Assembly (NCBI GenBank): GCA_041743505.1
Contig: JBGTMQ010000004.1
Span: 3,602-67,601, forward strand
Length of the DNA stretch: 64,000 nucleotides
Source: Candidatus Saccharimonadia bacterium
GTDB taxonomy: Bacteria > Patescibacteriota > Saccharimonadia > UBA4664
Direction of reading: 5' to 3'
Part shown: one piece after another, positions 9,735 to 19,483 of the stretch
Layout: every line of letters starts with the position of its first letter
How positions within the stretch are numbered: the first letter of the stretch is position 1
Translations under genes and position numbers: made by a program
The notes under the pieces: model-generated
What the model was told of the DNA's origin: nothing
Seen by the model: the letters and a program-made list of their open reading frames with translations, nothing else
Database searches by the model: none

Positions 9735-10124
9735 TTAATGCTGTAACTTGCGCTTGGCCATTGGTTCTAAGAGATAAAGACTTATGAGGGCCGCCAACGC
9801 ACCACCGAGCCAAGGTAACTCACTAGCTGCTCCTTGGTTTACCACAACCCACCACACAACCATAACAATAACAAGAACTGCAACCACCCGAGTTGTAGCA
9901 ATAAACTTCCTGTCCCCCTCAAGCTCTAATGCACGAACAGGATCAGCTAGCTTATTAAGAGTACTAATCCCATACAGTATGCCACCCGCTATCAGTGCAG
10001 TGATTACAGTGTCTCTAAAATCAGAAGGCGCAAAAAAAATAAGGACCGCCGCCCACGCTAAGAACGTATATAACTCCCAGGCAAATGCCATTGACAAAAA
10101 TGCGCCACGATAGTTAGTAGCCAT
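9735..10124 (-). CDS. Small 4-TM membrane protein
   Basis: Four hydrophobic segments; TATTAT 6 nt upstream of ATG. Confidence 0.65.
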   Translation of the reverse strand: MATNYRGAFLSMAFAWELYTFLAWAAVLIFFAPSDFRDTVITALIAGGILYGISTLNKLADPVRALELEGDRKFIATTRVVAVLVIVMVVWWVVVNQGAASELPWLGGALAALISLYLLEPMAKRKLQH

Positions 10125-10239
10125 GCAAACATAATAACAGCATCTTTAAACAACTATGTCTTTATATTAGGCAAATAATATAGAGTAGCGCCTAGATAAC
10201 AAGTACCTAGGCGCATGTATCAACTCACCCCCGGGCCGG

Positions 10240-10926
10240 TCAACCCAGAAACTGTTGCAACCTAGCTGCCTGATCTTTGGGAAAAGCCCGGTTATGCGGA
10301 TCAAACTCAACTACGACGGTATCCAGTCCGCTATCGTTCATAACCCGTATCACTTCCCGGACTCCTTCATCGCCATCCAATTGAGCATAATACGGCACCG
10401 GTGCAATGCTGGGATCAGGTTGCCGGAATAGTAATATCACCACCCGGCCCGCTTCGGCCACCAGAATAGCTTCAGTATAGCAGGGATTAACAAGGTTAAG
10501 CCCTTCCCAAATCCCCAGATCTTGCACTGATGGCTTAAGCCAGTCCCGTGGTCTGGCCGCATCCGGACCCATCGGATGCGAATGCAGTTTCAAGGCCACA
10601 TCATCACGGAAAAGAAATGTACCATCCGCGCCAGGCTTTGTGATGAGGGGCCCGGTCAAGGCTGTCTCATGAAGCTCTATAAAGTCCATCCAGACAGCAC
10701 CATCGAGTTTGCGAGGATCCTTGGATAAATCTGATACTTCGTACCCCTTCGACCCCTTGTAGATCGCAAAAGCCGACTCTCGCCGCTGGCGCAATGTTAT
10801 GTGGTACACGCTGACCAGCTTGTCCGTCAAGACCGGTGTTAGTAAAAACGCCGCTAAACCCGGCCCTGGCACAGTTGTAAGCTGCTCCTGCCCCGAAGAA
10901 TCAAGCTTGCCTGGCTGCTTATTCAT
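10240..10926 (-). CDS. Hypothetical protein with JAB/MPN-like metal-binding motif
   Basis: E (RRESAF) ... LHSHP ... PSVQD. Confidence 0.5.
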   Translation of the reverse strand: MNKQPGKLDSSGQEQLTTVPGPGLAAFLLTPVLTDKLVSVYHITLRQRRESAFAIYKGSKGYEVSDLSKDPRKLDGAVWMDFIELHETALTGPLITKPGADGTFLFRDDVALKLHSHPMGPDAARPRDWLKPSVQDLGIWEGLNLVNPCYTEAILVAEAGRVVILLFRQPDPSIAPVPYYAQLDGDEGVREVIRVMNDSGLDTVVVEFDPHNRAFPKDQAARLQQFLG

Positions 10927-10984
10927 GAACGCGTCCCTTCACCCTGCCTCAGAACAACCGGAAGCCTAGTATACTAATACCACT

Positions 10985-12100
10985 TTACCCCTCAAACTGC
11001 AACTTCTTCCGCCGCACGGCCACGCTCTCCAGCAAACCAATCGAGATCATAGTCATCACCAGCGCCGTCCCGCCGTAACTCACAAGCGGCAGCGGAATAC
11101 CCGTCACCGGCGCAATACCCATATTCATGCCCACATTAATAAAGACGTGGAATAGCAGCATCGATACAATACCCGTGGCCAAAAACATCCCAAACCGGTC
11201 CTGGGCCCGGTACGCTATCAAAAGCCCCCGCCACAACAGCACCGCAAACAACACGAGCAGCAACATAGCACCCACAAAACCCATTTTTTCGCCAATCACC
11301 GCAAACACGAAGTCCGTATGCTGGGCTAGCTGCGGCAAAAAGTTCAGCTGGCTCTGCGATCCAGCCCCCAGTCCCCGCCCAAAAAATTGCCCGGAACCAA
11401 TCGTAATAGATGACTGAATCACATTGTGCCCGGCGCCCAACGGATCAGCCTGCGGGTTCAGAAACACCGCCAAACGCTGTTTCTGGTAATCCTTAAGATT
11501 CGCCAGGAAAAATGGCAGCACCACTAGTCCTACCCCACCCAAAGCCAACAAATACAGCTTTCGCACCCGCGATACCAGCACCATACCCAGCCAAATCGCC
11601 ATAATCACCAACGCCGTACCAAGGTCAGGTTGGCGCATCACCAACATCACCGGAATGCCCGCGTACAACAAAGACAACAGCAAATACTTCGGCCGCTCCA
11701 ATTGGTCGTAGTGATCCGCAAAAAATTTGGCCAGCACAATAATCACCACCAGCTTGGCAAATTCAGACGGCTGGAACTGGAAAAACCCAAGGTCAATCCA
11801 TCGCTGCGCCCCCAGCACCGCCTTGGAGCTCACCAGCACGATCACGAGCAGTAACAACATAAATCCGTACAGCCAAGGCGTCAGCTTAGCCCACATCCGG
11901 TAATCACTCCGCGCCACCGCTATCATCAACCCGAAGCCCAGGCTTACAAACACCAGTTGCCGCCACGTATCAGTCATGCTGCCAATGCCGGTGGCCTTGA
12001 ACGATGTCGACCAGATTACCAGTAATCCGATAGCCAATAACGCCACCGTTACACCAAACAGGATCCAGTCAAAATTCTTCCAGAAACGAGATTTTAGCAC
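10985..12100 (-). CDS. rodA: Rod shape-determining SEDS protein RodA
   Basis: GAQRWI, QPSEFAK, QPDLGTA, HTDFVF, GIPLPLVSYGG. Confidence 0.93.
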   Translation of the reverse strand: MLKSRFWKNFDWILFGVTVALLAIGLLVIWSTSFKATGIGSMTDTWRQLVFVSLGFGLMIAVARSDYRMWAKLTPWLYGFMLLLLVIVLVSSKAVLGAQRWIDLGFFQFQPSEFAKLVVIIVLAKFFADHYDQLERPKYLLLSLLYAGIPVMLVMRQPDLGTALVIMAIWLGMVLVSRVRKLYLLALGGVGLVVLPFFLANLKDYQKQRLAVFLNPQADPLGAGHNVIQSSITIGSGQFFGRGLGAGSQSQLNFLPQLAQHTDFVFAVIGEKMGFVGAMLLLVLFAVLLWRGLLIAYRAQDRFGMFLATGIVSMLLFHVFINVGMNMGIAPVTGIPLPLVSYGGTALVMTMISIGLLESVAVRRKKLQFEG

Positions 12101-12194
12101 CTTTTTATCTTAGCGCACTTGCAGCAATTGAGATATTCGCGTAAAACATTGCTATAATAATCCGGTAGTTAACCAAAAACGTCCGACCCAAATT

Positions 12195-12881
12195 ATGTCT
12201 AAGAATCAATTAAATCACCTAGCTATCATCCCTGATGGCAACTCCCGTTGGGCCAAAGCCAACAATCTACCCGTGTTCGACGGCTATCGAGCCGGCATCG
12301 AGCGCGGTTTAGAACTGACCCGCCATGGCCGCAAATTAGGTATTCACACCTCTACCTGGTGGGGCCTCTCCACGGAAAACTGGCGCTCCAGGCCCAAACT
12401 TGAGCTAGATTTCATTATTCGCTTATTCATCAAAACCCTGGATGACTGGCTTGATGAAGCCCAAAAAGACAATGTCCGTATCATCCACTTAGGCCGCCGC
12501 GACCGCCTACCCAAAAAATTCCTGCAAAAACTAGCCGAAGTTGAGCAAACCACCAAAACCAACGACACATTCGTCATGAACCTAGCCTTCGATTATGGCG
12601 GCCAGGACGAAATCATGCGCGCGGTCGAGCGTATGCGAACCGCCGGCGCCACCGGCCCTCTCGACAATTACCTCGACACCGCCGGTCAACCCCACCCCAA
12701 CCCGGACTTCATCGTCCGTACCTCAGGCGAAATCCGGATAAGCGGTCTTATGCCTTGGCAGGGAGCTTACGCGGAATATTATTTCGAGCCAGCCCTCTAC
12801 CCCGACTTCACCCCCGACAAGCTCGACATAGCCATTGCCGAATATTACCGCCGGCAGCGGCGCTTCGGCGGCGGCCACTAG
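12195..12881 (+). CDS. uppS: Undecaprenyl/polyprenyl diphosphate synthase
   Basis: HLAIIPDGNSRWA, STENW, RTSGEIRISG, RRFGG. Confidence 0.93.
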   Translation: MSKNQLNHLAIIPDGNSRWAKANNLPVFDGYRAGIERGLELTRHGRKLGIHTSTWWGLSTENWRSRPKLELDFIIRLFIKTLDDWLDEAQKDNVRIIHLGRRDRLPKKFLQKLAEVEQTTKTNDTFVMNLAFDYGGQDEIMRAVERMRTAGATGPLDNYLDTAGQPHPNPDFIVRTSGEIRISGLMPWQGAYAEYYFEPALYPDFTPDKLDIAIAEYYRRQRRFGGGH

Positions 12882-12968
12882 TCCAAATATTGCAAAACAC
12901 AATCGTTTATGCTATAATAGAAAGATCTGCTCACTTAGCAACGCACCAACCTCCCAGGAAGGCCTCCC

Positions 12969-13424
12969 ATGATCAGGCCCACCTTTCGTACCGTCTACCA
13001 CCTGGAGCCACTGCCGCAGAATAGGGACCCGGTGATTTACTTCGCCGGCCCGACCTGGCACCCACCGGGCGAACCACTTTGGCAAGACCACGGGGTCGAC
13101 TATCTCCGCCAACGGAAATTCAGAGGGACAGTTTGCCTACCCCTACCGTGGACGGGTGACTGGGTAGGCGATGAAGTTGCCCAGATCAAATGGCAGCTTC
13201 ACTGCCAGGAGACCGCTGACTTCATCGTTTTCTGGATGTTCCGGCCTGGGTTGGTCACCATGAGCGAATTCGGCCAGTGGTACCGCTCCGGCAAACTCGC
13301 CGTCGGCGTACCCCCCGGCACCGAAAAACTCGAGTACGTCCGCCAGGTCATAGGCCTGTACGACATTCCCACTGCCGACACCCTCGAAGCCACCCTAGAT
13401 ATCACCCTTGACCGCCTCAGCTAG
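12969..13424 (+). CDS. Nucleoside 2-deoxyribosyltransferase-like protein
   Basis: IYFAGP...WQ...QIKW...ADFIVFW...SEFG; own promoter TTGCAA-17-TATAAT at about 12890-12918. Confidence 0.65.
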   Translation: MIRPTFRTVYHLEPLPQNRDPVIYFAGPTWHPPGEPLWQDHGVDYLRQRKFRGTVCLPLPWTGDWVGDEVAQIKWQLHCQETADFIVFWMFRPGLVTMSEFGQWYRSGKLAVGVPPGTEKLEYVRQVIGLYDIPTADTLEATLDITLDRLS

Positions 13425-13494
13425 ACCTCCCGTCTCCTTCAGCACCCGCTGGAGGAGACGAATTTTTGCTCTCAGACCTTGCTATAATCAACCC

Positions 13495-14073
13495 ATGGAA
13501 ACCCTCAGCAACCTGCCAATTGTGCTCTTCAAGTCCGCCTCCGATTGGGAGCAATGGCTCCAAGCAAATCACACCCAGCCCCAAGGTCTTTGGCTCAAAA
13601 TAGCCAAGAAAGCCTCCGGCAAAGCATCGGCCTCCTATGCCGAGGCCCTCGACATCGCCTTGTGTTACGGCTGGATTGATGGACAAAAAGCCTCCTACGA
13701 CGAGCAATATTTTTTGCAAAAATTCACCCCTCGCCGCCCCAAAAGCCTGTGGTCTAAAGTCAACGTCAAAAAAGTTGCCGCGCTCATCGCCGCCGGCCGC
13801 ATGAAACCGGCCGGACTGGCCGCCATCGAGGCCGCCAAACAAGACGGCCGCTGGGACCTAGCCTATGATTCGCCCAGCACCAGCACCGTACCGCCCGACT
13901 TTCAAGCCGCGCTCGACCAAAATCCCCGGGCCAAGACCTTCATTGCTACCCTCAACAAAACCAACGTCTACGCTATGTTATGGCGCATCCAAACCGCCAA
14001 AAAACCCGAAACCCGCCAAGCCAGAATCGAAAAACTTATCTCCATGCTAAACGACGAACAAAAGCTCTACTAA
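13495..14073 (+). CDS. YdeI/OmpD-associated family protein
   Basis: EALDIALCYGWIDGQ, FTPRRPKSLWS, AKKPETRQARI. Confidence 0.85.
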   Translation: METLSNLPIVLFKSASDWEQWLQANHTQPQGLWLKIAKKASGKASASYAEALDIALCYGWIDGQKASYDEQYFLQKFTPRRPKSLWSKVNVKKVAALIAAGRMKPAGLAAIEAAKQDGRWDLAYDSPSTSTVPPDFQAALDQNPRAKTFIATLNKTNVYAMLWRIQTAKKPETRQARIEKLISMLNDEQKLY

Positions 14074-16994
14074 GACCGCGCCTTCTCAACCCCAATATAC
14101 AATTCCGCCCCCGCTACCCGCGCCGGCACCTGGTCATGCGCCCCGTCATGCACCAACTCCACCGCCAAAGTCTCCGCCTTTATCGTCTCAGCGTGCACCG
14201 CAATCGCCTCAGCCAAATCAGCATCATCCGTCGACAACGTCAACACAATCCGGTCCTCTACCTCAAGACCCGTCTCCTTGCGGGCATTTTGCACCTGCCG
14301 AACCACATCGCGCATCAACCCCTCGGCGCGCAATTCTAGTGTAATTTCGGTATCAAGCTGAACCCAGCCTTGCGGATTAGGCCGGCTCCATTTCTTTATT
14401 TGCTTAACATTTACTTCTTCCATAACAATCGCTTGCAACTCTGAAGTTAAATCATTTGTATGGTAGTACGTCAAGCTGGATAGCGGTTGACGAACCTTGA
14501 TCTTAGCCTCAGCCCTCGCGGCAAGTCCATCCGTCACCAATTGCCGGGCAAAGTTCATGCCAAAGAGAATCTTCTTATCAACCTCACCCGCTTCCGGCCA
14601 ATCACTCAAATGCACACTCACCGGCTCGTCCATCCCCACCGTCAGTTCCCGCCACAATTTATCAGCTACAAACGGACTCCACGGCGCCAAAAGCTGACTA
14701 ACCCGCGCCAGCACATAATGCAACGTCGCATAGGCCGCGGCCTTGTCACGCGTCTCTTCACTCTTCCAAAACCGCCGCCGGCTCCGCCGTACATACCAGT
14801 TACTCAAATCCTCAATCAACTCCCGCAGCGGCCGGATCGCCTTGGCCAGCTCATAGGCATCGGCCCGCGCCGTCATCTCGCGCACCGTCTCATTCAACCG
14901 CGCCAGTAGCCACTGGTCCAGCACGTTATCACTCGCAGGCGCAGCCAACTTCTTCGCCGGCTCCCACCCGTCAATCTCCGCGTACATACTCAGAAAACTA
15001 TACGAATTCCACAGCGTCCCAAACACGTTGCGCTGGATATCCCGCATTGCATCGCGGTTAAAACGCATGTATTCCGCCTCTACCGCCTGGTCATTGCCCA
15101 GCAAATAAAACCGCAACGTATCCGCCCCCTCAACCGCAAACACGTCCTCCACCGGCGGGTAATTCTTCAACCGCTTGCTCAATTTCTGCCCGTCCGCGGC
15201 CATCACCATGCCGTTCACCAGCACATTTTTATACGCCGGCTTGCCAAACGCAATCGTGTTCAACACATGCAGCACATAAAACCACAGCCGGGTCTGGTCC
15301 AACCCTTCACCCACATAATCCGCCGGAAACGATTCTTCAAATACCGCTTTATTCTCAAACGGATAATGCTGCTGCGCTACCGGCATACTCCCACTCTCAA
15401 ACCAGCAGTCAATCACTTCCTCGGTGCGCCGGTACGTCTTACCGTCCTTCTCTATCACGACGTCATCAATCCCCGGCCGGTGCAGGTCGTCCGGCTTACC
15501 ATCCAAACCAGCCAACTCCACCAGCTCATCCAAACTCGACACCACTATATAATCATCCGCATCTTTCTCGTTCACCCAAATCGGCAACGGCGCCCCCCAA
15601 TACCGGTTCCGCGAGATCGCCCAATCCCGGGCGCCCTCCAGCCACTTGCCAAACCGCCCACTCTTAATGTGCGCCGGCTGCCAATTAATATCCTCGGCCG
15701 TCCGCAACAACTCCTCCCGGATCGCCGACACCTTCACAAACCACGTCGTAATGGCATAGTACATTAGCGGCGAGTCACACCGGTAACAAAACGGATACGT
15801 GTGCGTAAATGTCTCCGCCGCAAACACCCGCCCGGCTTCCGTCAAATGCTGGGTAATCAGCCGGTCGGCGTCCTTAAAGAACACCCCCACAGCCTCCGGC
15901 GCCACCGCCGTCACATGACCGTCTGGCCCGACGCTCTCAATCATCGGCAAGCCCTCACGCAAGCACAAATCCAAGTCCGTTTCACCATACCGCGTACCCG
16001 TATGCAAAATACCCGTTCCATCCTCCAGGCTCACCACCCCGTCATCCGCATATACCCGGTAGGCGTTCGTTCGCTCGCTCTCACTCAAGCCCGGCGCCTC
16101 ATATAGCGGCTCATATTCCAGGCCCACCAACTCGATGCCCTTCTGGCTACCCACCACCCGGTACTCCCGCTCACGCAAGTCCAGCACATCCAACCGCTTC
16201 TTGGCCAGAATCAGTTTATCGCCCGCCTTCCCGGCATCCGTGTCATGCGTCAATTCCACCGTCACATAATCAGCCGTCGTATCCACCGACAACGCCGAGT
16301 TCGCCGGCAACGTCCAAGGCGTCGTCGTCCAAGCCAACAACGCCGTATCCGGCTGCCCCACCACCTTAAATTTCACATACACACTCGGGTCCGGCACGTT
16401 GTCCTTGTAACCCTCATTGAGCTCAAAGTTACTCAACGGCGTCTCACACCGCGGACAATACGGCAAACATTTATAGCCCCGGTACAACAGCCCCTTGTCC
16501 TGCACCTGCCCCAACATCCACCACACGCTCTCGGTATAATCGCGATCGACCGTCGCATAAGCGTTCTCCATGTCGGTCCACCGCCCCACACGATGAAACA
16601 TTCGCTCCCACTCGCCTTTATATTTAAAGATTGAGGCTCGGCAAGCGTCGTTGAACTTCTGCAATCCCAAGTCCAAAATCTGCTTCTTGCCGCTTACGCC
16701 AAACTCTTTTTCAATCGCAAATTCTACCGGCAAACCATGCGTATCCCAGCCATTTCGCCGCTCCACGTACTCACCACGCATGGTATGGTAACGCCCTAGC
16801 GAGTCCTTGATACTCGTGACCAGCATCCCACCAAAATGCGGCAAACCATTCGCAAACGGCGGCCCATCATAAAACGAATATCTCTTAGCGCCTTCACGAT
16901 TCTTCAAACTGGCTTCAAAAGTCTTTTCTTTGTCCCAAATTTCAAGCATCTCAGCTTCAAATTCGGGAAAATTGGCGGGCTGGGCTTTCTTCAT
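14070..16994 (-). CDS. ileS: Isoleucyl-tRNA synthetase, type 2
   Basis: FYDGPPFANGLPH, GWDTHGLP, WTTTPWT, DWAISRNRYWG, KLSKR; Ile T-box upstream. Confidence 0.95.
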   Translation of the reverse strand: MKKAQPANFPEFEAEMLEIWDKEKTFEASLKNREGAKRYSFYDGPPFANGLPHFGGMLVTSIKDSLGRYHTMRGEYVERRNGWDTHGLPVEFAIEKEFGVSGKKQILDLGLQKFNDACRASIFKYKGEWERMFHRVGRWTDMENAYATVDRDYTESVWWMLGQVQDKGLLYRGYKCLPYCPRCETPLSNFELNEGYKDNVPDPSVYVKFKVVGQPDTALLAWTTTPWTLPANSALSVDTTADYVTVELTHDTDAGKAGDKLILAKKRLDVLDLREREYRVVGSQKGIELVGLEYEPLYEAPGLSESERTNAYRVYADDGVVSLEDGTGILHTGTRYGETDLDLCLREGLPMIESVGPDGHVTAVAPEAVGVFFKDADRLITQHLTEAGRVFAAETFTHTYPFCYRCDSPLMYYAITTWFVKVSAIREELLRTAEDINWQPAHIKSGRFGKWLEGARDWAISRNRYWGAPLPIWVNEKDADDYIVVSSLDELVELAGLDGKPDDLHRPGIDDVVIEKDGKTYRRTEEVIDCWFESGSMPVAQQHYPFENKAVFEESFPADYVGEGLDQTRLWFYVLHVLNTIAFGKPAYKNVLVNGMVMAADGQKLSKRLKNYPPVEDVFAVEGADTLRFYLLGNDQAVEAEYMRFNRDAMRDIQRNVFGTLWNSYSFLSMYAEIDGWEPAKKLAAPASDNVLDQWLLARLNETVREMTARADAYELAKAIRPLRELIEDLSNWYVRRSRRRFWKSEETRDKAAAYATLHYVLARVSQLLAPWSPFVADKLWRELTVGMDEPVSVHLSDWPEAGEVDKKILFGMNFARQLVTDGLAARAEAKIKVRQPLSSLTYYHTNDLTSELQAIVMEEVNVKQIKKWSRPNPQGWVQLDTEITLELRAEGLMRDVVRQVQNARKETGLEVEDRIVLTLSTDDADLAEAIAVHAETIKAETLAVELVHDGAHDQVPARVAGAELYIGVEKARS

Positions 16995-16995
16995 C

Positions 16996-17526
16996 TTATA
17001 AATCCTTATTAGTTTCCATTAATTTCTTCAGTGCTTCATAACTTTCTTCTGGCGTTCTATCAGACTGGTCAATCATCTTATGTGGTCTAACTTCGTTTAC
17101 CCGCACTATCTTGCTAGTTAGCTCTTCAATCCCCTTTGGATCAAAACCAATCCCCTTCATATCTCCACGCGCCACATATCTTTTCATCACTTCTTCTTTC
17201 GGTAGCACCAACATCACCTCAAAATAAGTCGCCCCTCTTTCCTTAGCCAGCGCTTCCCATGCCTCCAAGAATGTAATGACGCCGTAGGCTTGCGGAACGA
17301 TCACATCGTAGCCCTTACTTACATGGACACGCGCCATTGCCATAGCCATAACTCTCGCCTGCAATCCGGCTTCGCGGGAATGATCTTGCCAATGGCTAAT
17401 CCTTCCTCGAATGTCATCAATATCCAATACCAGAGTCATAGGATGATCATCGGCATACATACCTGCCAACATCGACTTTCCACTAGCTGGCGGACCATTG
17501 AGAATAATCAGACTAGACTTAGGCAT
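16996..17526 (-). CDS. AAA_33-like P-loop kinase
   Basis: Walker A GPPASGKS, then LDIDDIR; lower GC than ileS. Confidence 0.75.
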   Translation of the reverse strand: MPKSSLIILNGPPASGKSMLAGMYADDHPMTLVLDIDDIRGRISHWQDHSREAGLQARVMAMAMARVHVSKGYDVIVPQAYGVITFLEAWEALAKERGATYFEVMLVLPKEEVMKRYVARGDMKGIGFDPKGIEELTSKIVRVNEVRPHKMIDQSDRTPEESYEALKKLMETNKDL

Positions 17527-17550
17527 GAAATACGCTTTCTACTTAAATAC

Positions 17551-17725
17551 AAAAAATCCATCGGACATTGCAGGGACCCGGTCACACAACCAGGCGGTAC
17601 CACCCTGCTTTCCAGATGGACACTTCATTCTTCTCGAGTCACGTTCGAGGTTAACGTCGGGTTCTACTCTCGCTTAGTAGCAATTTCTTCCCGCAGCTTC
17701 GCGGTTGATAGCCGCTCATGCGCTT
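17551..17725 (-). ncRNA. T-box riboswitch (Ile, AUC specifier), short Stem I type
   Basis: AAGCAGGGTGGTACCGC T-box (17610-17594), GCGG-CTATCAA-CCGC mini Stem I, GGGAAGAA...AGTAGAACCC Stem II. Confidence 0.85.
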
Positions 17726-17892
17726 TAGACGCAGTACTTTTAGCTAAATTGTGAGCTTACAATACCATACTTATTAACAAATTGCATCGAACTCTGACGC
17801 TTAATGCGCACTCATACAAAAACATTGACAGAATGACAAGAAAATGCTAAAATGTATATATCCTTGTCCTCTATTGAGAGTGAAGGCACAAG

Positions 17893-18180
17893 ATGATTAA
17901 CATCCAGTACCTGCGGCTCCTCGGCAGCGACGGCACCGGCATCAAGGTCATGGTCAGCGGCACCCCCGAAGACCTCGAGGCCTTCGTCACCGAGTTGAAT
18001 GCTCGTGTGGCGCAAGACCAGAACCTTACGACCGTCACCATCCCTTGCTTCATGGGAGGTGAGGAAACGCTCCACCTCGACTCACCACTGGCAACCGCCG
18101 TTCTCGCTCCCTTGACCCCTTCAACGTTCGGTGGCACCTTCACGAACGAGGGTGACCAACTAAACCTGACGGTCAACTAG
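17893..18180 (+). CDS. Hypothetical protein, stand-alone unit
   Basis: TTGACA-17-TAAAAT promoter (about 17825-17853), GAAGG RBS, hairpin at about 18241-18262. Confidence 0.6.
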   Translation: MINIQYLRLLGSDGTGIKVMVSGTPEDLEAFVTELNARVAQDQNLTTVTIPCFMGGEETLHLDSPLATAVLAPLTPSTFGGTFTNEGDQLNLTVN

Positions 18181-18292
18181 AAGCACTTCGCAAGGAGCCA
18201 GCCCCTAGCGTCCGTCCACAAGACCGTCTAACCGGCCATCGGCCCACCCCTCAAGGTGGGCCGCTTATCTTTTAACCGGGCTAGTTACACGT

Positions 18293-18943
18293 CTAATGAT
18301 TGTCCATATGTGGGGTAATCGACTGATCCCGGTATGCAGAAAAAGCCCTCTCGACTAATGGCTTATGTACCGCGTTCCAGTTATCGATTTGTGCCACATC
18401 GGCTATCCATTTGTAGTCTGTATGCTCCTGGCTTAACTTAACCACCTTATCGGAAGAAACCGGCTTTACAGCGGTACAAATATTGATCTGGCTTACCCAA
18501 GCAGAGGTCCAGCCAGCAAATGTATTTGGCGTCTTGCAGGCTATCCCGATATAGCCTATAGGCTCAATGTCGAAACCCGCTTCCTCATGGGTTTCCCGTA
18601 TGGCGGTTTCAAACGGCGACTCGTCAACGTCGGCCCAGCCGCCCGGCACACCCCATGCACCGTTATCCTTCCTCTGAAGAACTAATATTTCGCCCTTTTC
18701 ACTTACGACCGCCGCATCAACTCCGACTTTGGGCGTAATACTCCCCTGCTCCTTGAGAAACATCTTCTGAATTTCTTCTTGGGAAAGATTCGTAATAGCC
18801 GCATATTCTTTACTGGCAATATTCAGGAGTTTTTCGTATCGTGCCGTGTCATATTCATTGCGGGAATATGACAGGCCTTCTTGAGCAATTGCCCTGAGTG
18901 CATCCAAGAGCACTCTAATATCATCGTTATTGTCATTTGCCAT
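18293..18943 (-). CDS. NUDIX hydrolase with N-terminal Nudix_N domain
   Basis: AIAQEGLSYS..YD..RY, TPKVGV, Nudix box PGGWADVDESPFETAIRETHEEAG. Confidence 0.9.
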   Translation of the reverse strand: MANDNNDDIRVLLDALRAIAQEGLSYSRNEYDTARYEKLLNIASKEYAAITNLSQEEIQKMFLKEQGSITPKVGVDAAVVSEKGEILVLQRKDNGAWGVPGGWADVDESPFETAIRETHEEAGFDIEPIGYIGIACKTPNTFAGWTSAWVSQINICTAVKPVSSDKVVKLSQEHTDYKWIADVAQIDNWNAVHKPLVERAFSAYRDQSITPHMDNH

Positions 18944-19015
18944 AGATTCCTCGAAATTCAGATTATACCCTTTATTTCTTGACGCACAAAGAACAAAGGA
19001 ACTGCTATAGGGACT

Positions 19016-19483
19016 ATGAAGAGACCAACGAACCGCATCTCGGAAGACGCAGCTGTCGAATTACTTCGACGGTTGTTCCCCGTTAGCTTAGAAACGGATG
19101 AGTTATCCCTAGATGAAGTTTACGTTGCCGCTGGTCGCTCTAATCTGAACCCGCAAACAAACCGTAACTGGTTAAACGGCGTGCTCACAAAGTTAAAGGA
19201 TCACAAGTTCATCACTACGGGAAATAAGTTTGAAAACAGTCGAAGCAAGTTGGATAAGATCAAGTTAACGACTGCAGGAAAAACAGCCCTTGGTCGCACC
19301 AACAATGAGGAGAATACAGTAGACAGGCCACCCAAAGACAATGTTCCTCAGAAAAATGACTTAAGCCTCGATGAAATGTTAAATATTGTTGAAGGCTTAA
19401 AGGCGAAACACCCAAAATGGGACATCGTGTTTGAAGTAAGAGCAAAAAGCTCTGCCTCAAACCCTCCCGAGAGGCACTCATAA
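19016..19483 (+). CDS. Putative winged-helix DNA-binding protein
   Basis: 'LTKLKDHKFI...IKLTTAGK' wing pattern; abuts the NYN gene (TAA-ATG). Confidence 0.5.
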   Translation: MKRPTNRISEDAAVELLRRLFPVSLETDELSLDEVYVAAGRSNLNPQTNRNWLNGVLTKLKDHKFITTGNKFENSRSKLDKIKLTTAGKTALGRTNNEENTVDRPPKDNVPQKNDLSLDEMLNIVEGLKAKHPKWDIVFEVRAKSSASNPPERHS

